A stretch of DNA of 64,000 bases from Pelagomonas calceolata (taxonomy: Eukaryota). The notes below the pieces were generated by a model. That model did no database searches, was not told the DNA's origin, and saw nothing but the letters and a program-made list of their open reading frames with translations. The stretch is taken from NCBI GenBank assembly GCA_918797485.1, contig CAKKNE010000006.1, positions 806,001-870,000 of the forward strand. Reading direction: 5' to 3'. The position numbers and the translations under genes are program-made. This document shows, in pieces, positions 60,588-64,000 of this stretch; the first letter of the stretch is position 1, and each line of letters starts with the position of its first letter.

Positions 60588-61532
60588 ATGGCTCCGCGCC
60601 TCCTCGCCCTCGCCGCGCGCGCATTGGTAAGGACGAGCACGACGCAACTGAGAGCTGTGAGCACCGAGACGCTGGCGGAAAGAGCCAAGCTCGCGGTGTT
60701 AGATCCGCAGCGCAACGCCGTCATCGAAGCACTGACAACAACGAACCGACCCCTGCTGGGCCTCTTCAACGACATCCCCCGGCACCAGTTGCGGGAGAGC
60801 GACGCGCGGGCCTGGGCTTTGGCCGGGTTCGAATTTGTGGTCAACGATGGGGAACACTCCGGCAATGATTTACTTTATGGAAGGGAGGAGAACGCGATGC
60901 TGCAGCGGTACGGTTTGACGCCAATACAACGGCTGCCGCGCGAGGCGACCTCGGCACACGGCGACGCGCTGGCGTGCGGCGCGCGCGGCACGATGCGGCC
61001 GTACGCGCTGACGCTGGACGACGCGACGACGTACGTCGAGGCCATGGATTTTCCGGTCGGTGAGGGTCCGCGGCGCCACGCGCGCGGCGCCTACCCCGTG
61101 CGTCACGGTGATGGCGCCATGACCTTCACGCCCGACTCGCTGCGGGAGGCGGAAGCTGACAGGACGCTGGCCTGCCTCCAGTTCGAGACGGAGGAGTATT
61201 TGTTCGATGAAGGTTTGAGACGATCCGTACTCAAAGTGCTATCAACGCGCGGCAACGCGTGCGCATTCGTCGGGGCCCTCGACGCGGCGACGCGGTGCGG
61301 AGACGCGGCGCGCGTCTCAAAGGGCGTCGCCGAGTTGTGCCGCGATGCTAATGAAGAGGGCGTGGCCGTCGGCGGCGTCGTGGGCGGCGACGCGGCCAAC
61401 GTCCTTAGACACATGGAGCTCGGCCTGCGCCTCATCGCGCCGCCGGTGTTTGCCTCCGACTTCGCGCTCCGCGGGGCGGTCGACGCGGCGGAGGCGTTCC
61501 ACGAAGCGGCCGCGGCGTTTAATAGTAGTTAG
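60588..61532 (+). CDS. HpcH/HpaI aldolase family protein
   Basis: LAGFEFVVNDGEH, ALACGARG, LQFET, FVGALD. Confidence 0.78.
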   Translation: MAPRLLALAARALVRTSTTQLRAVSTETLAERAKLAVLDPQRNAVIEALTTTNRPLLGLFNDIPRHQLRESDARAWALAGFEFVVNDGEHSGNDLLYGREENAMLQRYGLTPIQRLPREATSAHGDALACGARGTMRPYALTLDDATTYVEAMDFPVGEGPRRHARGAYPVRHGDGAMTFTPDSLREAEADRTLACLQFETEEYLFDEGLRRSVLKVLSTRGNACAFVGALDAATRCGDAARVSKGVAELCRDANEEGVAVGGVVGGDAANVLRHMELGLRLIAPPVFASDFALRGAVDAAEAFHEAAAAFNSS

Positions 61533-61636
61533 TAGTTAGCACACTAAAACGGGGCAGTAGCCGCCACGAGGCGGGGACTGCGTTCAATAGGAGTAGCAGT
61601 ACACAAACGGGGCCCGTCGGGGGGACTTTGGGACAA

Positions 61637-62914
61637 CTACATGAGGCTGCACTGGCCGGCGCCGACCATCTCGCCCGCGAGCGCGGCCTGGGCGGCGATC
61701 TCCGGATCTTCGTCAACCATGGGCCGGCCGTACCACAAGGGCACGACGCCCGGCACGGTGGACCGGACCTTCGCCTCGCACAGGAGCTCCTCCTCATAGA
61801 TCGACTCGGCGAGCCCCGGCGGCGGCATCATGTCCGCCGGGTTCGGAGGCTCGCCCGCGCGTAGCGCTTCCATCAAGCCCTTGTAGAACGCGAGCATCGC
61901 CTCGTGGCCGTCGGCGGGGAACGTGTCCAGAAAAACGCGCCACCGCTCGGCTTCGATCGGGTGTAAGGCGCCAAAATTTAATGGAGCGTCCTTGAAGGAC
62001 CAGAGCGTCTCGAGGACGTTCGACCGCTCGAGGGGCCACGACGTCGCACTATCAAACCACTGCAGGAAGAAGCGGAGGGTCCCGAGGGTCCGCGGCGGCA
62101 GGGGGCACTTCCGCGGCGCGAGCCCGGGGTGCGTCCAGTGGAACTCGTTGACCGAGTCCATGAGCGCCTGGCGCCGGAGGAGCCGCTTGTCGATGTCCTC
62201 GGGCTCGAACTCGCCTTCCGGGCGTCCGTAGCCCGCCCGCCACAGGGGGTTGCGCGAGAGGTAGGCCTCTCGCTCGTCGACTTCTCCCTCGGGCCCGAAG
62301 GTCACCTCCCGCAGGGGGTCGCGCGCGCCCGAGGCCTCGGCGCCCCCCATGGCCACGCGTTGTCGGTTCATGGCCGCGGCGTTCCGCCCTTTCAGCATCC
62401 GCGCGACCTTGGCGTGCGCGCCGTAGTTGCCGGAAGTCGCGTCGAGGAACGTCGCCGCCGCCGCGTCCAGCACGTCGAAGGGCGCGCGGCCGCCCGTGAC
62501 GCCGCGCATGAGGACGCAGCTCATGAGCACCGGATCGTGGCAAGCGAAGGCCTTGGCGTCCTCGACGTTGGCGTTCCAGAACGCGACGCGGAACCGCGCA
62601 TCGTCCAGGAACGGGCCCCAGCCGCCTTGCTCAACTTCCGCGCGCAGCGTCGCGCGCCACGCGTCGTCGACGGCCGCCCAAGCCTTGCTCGTCGCGGCCA
62701 GGCGCTTCGCGGCGCGAACGTGCTCCTTCGTCACGAGCGCGCCGTCGTAGAGCAAGCACGCGAGCACGTTGCGCGGCAAAAAGTCGTCCGGCGCGGGCGC
62801 GGCCAGCACGCGGTCCGGGGCGGCGTCGCCGTCGCTTTCCGCTGCCCCCATTTTCGCGACGTCGCCCGCCAGGGCAGCCCCCTTGCCCCCCGTCGCTGCA
62901 TCTCGGCCGGCCAT
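61637..62914 (-). CDS. Hypothetical protein (weak F-box-like N-terminal segment)
   Basis: Long ORF; LPRNVLACLL..RLAATSKAW..W pattern. Confidence 0.55.
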   Translation of the reverse strand: MAGRDAATGGKGAALAGDVAKMGAAESDGDAAPDRVLAAPAPDDFLPRNVLACLLYDGALVTKEHVRAAKRLAATSKAWAAVDDAWRATLRAEVEQGGWGPFLDDARFRVAFWNANVEDAKAFACHDPVLMSCVLMRGVTGGRAPFDVLDAAAATFLDATSGNYGAHAKVARMLKGRNAAAMNRQRVAMGGAEASGARDPLREVTFGPEGEVDEREAYLSRNPLWRAGYGRPEGEFEPEDIDKRLLRRQALMDSVNEFHWTHPGLAPRKCPLPPRTLGTLRFFLQWFDSATSWPLERSNVLETLWSFKDAPLNFGALHPIEAERWRVFLDTFPADGHEAMLAFYKGLMEALRAGEPPNPADMMPPPGLAESIYEEELLCEAKVRSTVPGVVPLWYGRPMVDEDPEIAAQAALAGEMVGAGQCSLM

Positions 62915-63341
62915 GCCTCGTTTGTGGTGGGCCGGCAGCGATTCCGCGATGTGCCTCCTGAACCTGGTGTCGAGTGTGCCCGCGCGCGCGCGATTTGGCT
63001 GCCACGCGTTTTTTGGGATGGGAGGAGGGAGCTGGGCGGGCTGCGGTCCTTGCCGGTGCTGCGCGTCGCGCTTGTTTTGGCTAATGAGATAGTCAAGAAT
63101 CAAGGTTGAATGGTTGACACTTTGTTTACTTAGGTGGCCACCTTAAATTCGTGCGGGTGCCGGCACGCCAAGTGTCCTCGGCCGCGGGCGCTCTCGAGAC
63201 GCCTCGGTCACACCTAAGACGGCTCCGACGAGCGGTCGAGAAGATTCGACCCGCCGCGGGCCGCCGTCGACGAGAAGACGCCCCCGACGCCTTCGAGCAG
63301 ACTGGCACATGACTATACGATGAGATTAACAAAACGACAGA

Positions 63342-64000
63342 CTAGTCCTCGGAAGAATACAAGGCGGCCACCTCGGAAGGAGAATCAGGCGGCTCGTCCA
63401 GATACGGCGCCGTCGCGCTCCGCAGGTTTTTTAGGGACGCGGCCACCGTTCCGCTTTCCAGCCGAAAAACACCAGAAAAGGGCAGGTTCACGTCGATCGC
63501 CAAGGAGTTGAAGACGACCAATGCAGACGCGACGACGGCGAACAGCGCGTGTACTCCGAATGAGGCATCAAAAACAACTCCGGAGTCGGCCATCACAAAG
63601 CCCAGGGCGTGCGGCTGGACGCCGGCCATCTCGCCCCGATCCAAGGTAAGGTACGTGTACGCGATGGCTAAGGCAATAGATAACGTCCGCAATACCGAAT
63701 ACTGGACGTCGGGAATACCGGAATTCTCGAGGGACAACCGCACGCCCCGCGCTTCCATCAGGCGGCCGCAGCCGTCCAACGCAAAGTCGAGGTCGCGTAT
63801 GTTGGAGCATTTCGCTTGCTGCAGGATCTGGACGACCTCGGAGTAAGCATCATGACCTTCGGCGATGAGCTCGAGTTCCCGTTCCCGTCCGCCGCCGACG
63901 AAGTCACATGAGTGCGCATGTAAACGTCGAGCGACAGCTCTAAAAACGTCGTCGCCGCGCTCCGGCGCATCACTATCCAACACGAGAATAACCTCCAAGC
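63342..64000 (-). CDS. Membrane protein, DUF4239/bestrophin-like, 5'-partial
   Basis: ARGVRLSLENSGIPDVQYSVL, two TM helices, DVNLPFSGVFR; the ORF runs off the window. Confidence 0.6.
   Translation of the reverse strand, partial: LEVILVLDSDAPERGDDVFRAVARRLHAHSCDFVGGGRERELELIAEGHDAYSEVVQILQQAKCSNIRDLDFALDGCGRLMEARGVRLSLENSGIPDVQYSVLRTLSIALAIAYTYLTLDRGEMAGVQPHALGFVMADSGVVFDASFGVHALFAVVASALVVFNSLAIDVNLPFSGVFRLESGTVAASLKNLRSATAPYLDEPPDSPSEVAALYSSED

Noticed and set aside
1..64000. Hundreds of overlapping Arg/Ala/Pro-rich ORFs in the six-frame track
   Set aside because: These are shadow frames expected from high GC content and few stop codons; they carry no domains.
1..64000. Prokaryotic or viral origin of the window
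   Set aside because: Spliceosomal introns, UBA1, cyclin, bromodomain and DHHC genes, and targeting peptides indicate a eukaryotic nucleus.

Overview
This is GC-rich, very gene-dense eukaryotic nuclear DNA. It most likely comes from a pelagophyte stramenopile (Pelagomonas/Aureococcus-like), inferred from bipartite plastid-targeting-like N-termini, DUF285 and TPR repeat families, and the intron style. About 37 protein-coding genes or fragments are supported. They include a Tudor/HMG/MBD/bromo chromatin protein, ClpR, UBA1, a cyclin, a 3xRRM protein, UPRT, TenA, a Nudix hydrolase, a PPR-Smr protein, an AASDH-like NRPS module, ARMT1, an ankyrin-DHHC palmitoyltransferase, a bacterial-type TM0106 nuclease-helicase, SF-assemblin, a nucleoside hydrolase, a GST, an MFS transporter and an HpcH aldolase. 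No rRNA, tRNA, CRISPR array or transposase was seen. All 13 introns I could reconstruct look element-derived. Five are introner-like elements with terminal inverted repeats (TIRs) that borrow their GT donor from an 8-bp target-site duplication (TSD), and eight share a CGGCGT motif at +9/+10. A ~26-bp quasi-palindromic motif (GCTAGCGG..GTAAGACACTAGCAA) recurs at least 12 times, mostly ~150-250 bp upstream of start codons. Other points of interest are an MBD apparently inserted inside an HMG box and a 148-bp tandem duplication that frameshifts the AASDH-like gene. Exon structures and domain calls were made by eye, without RNA data or database searches.
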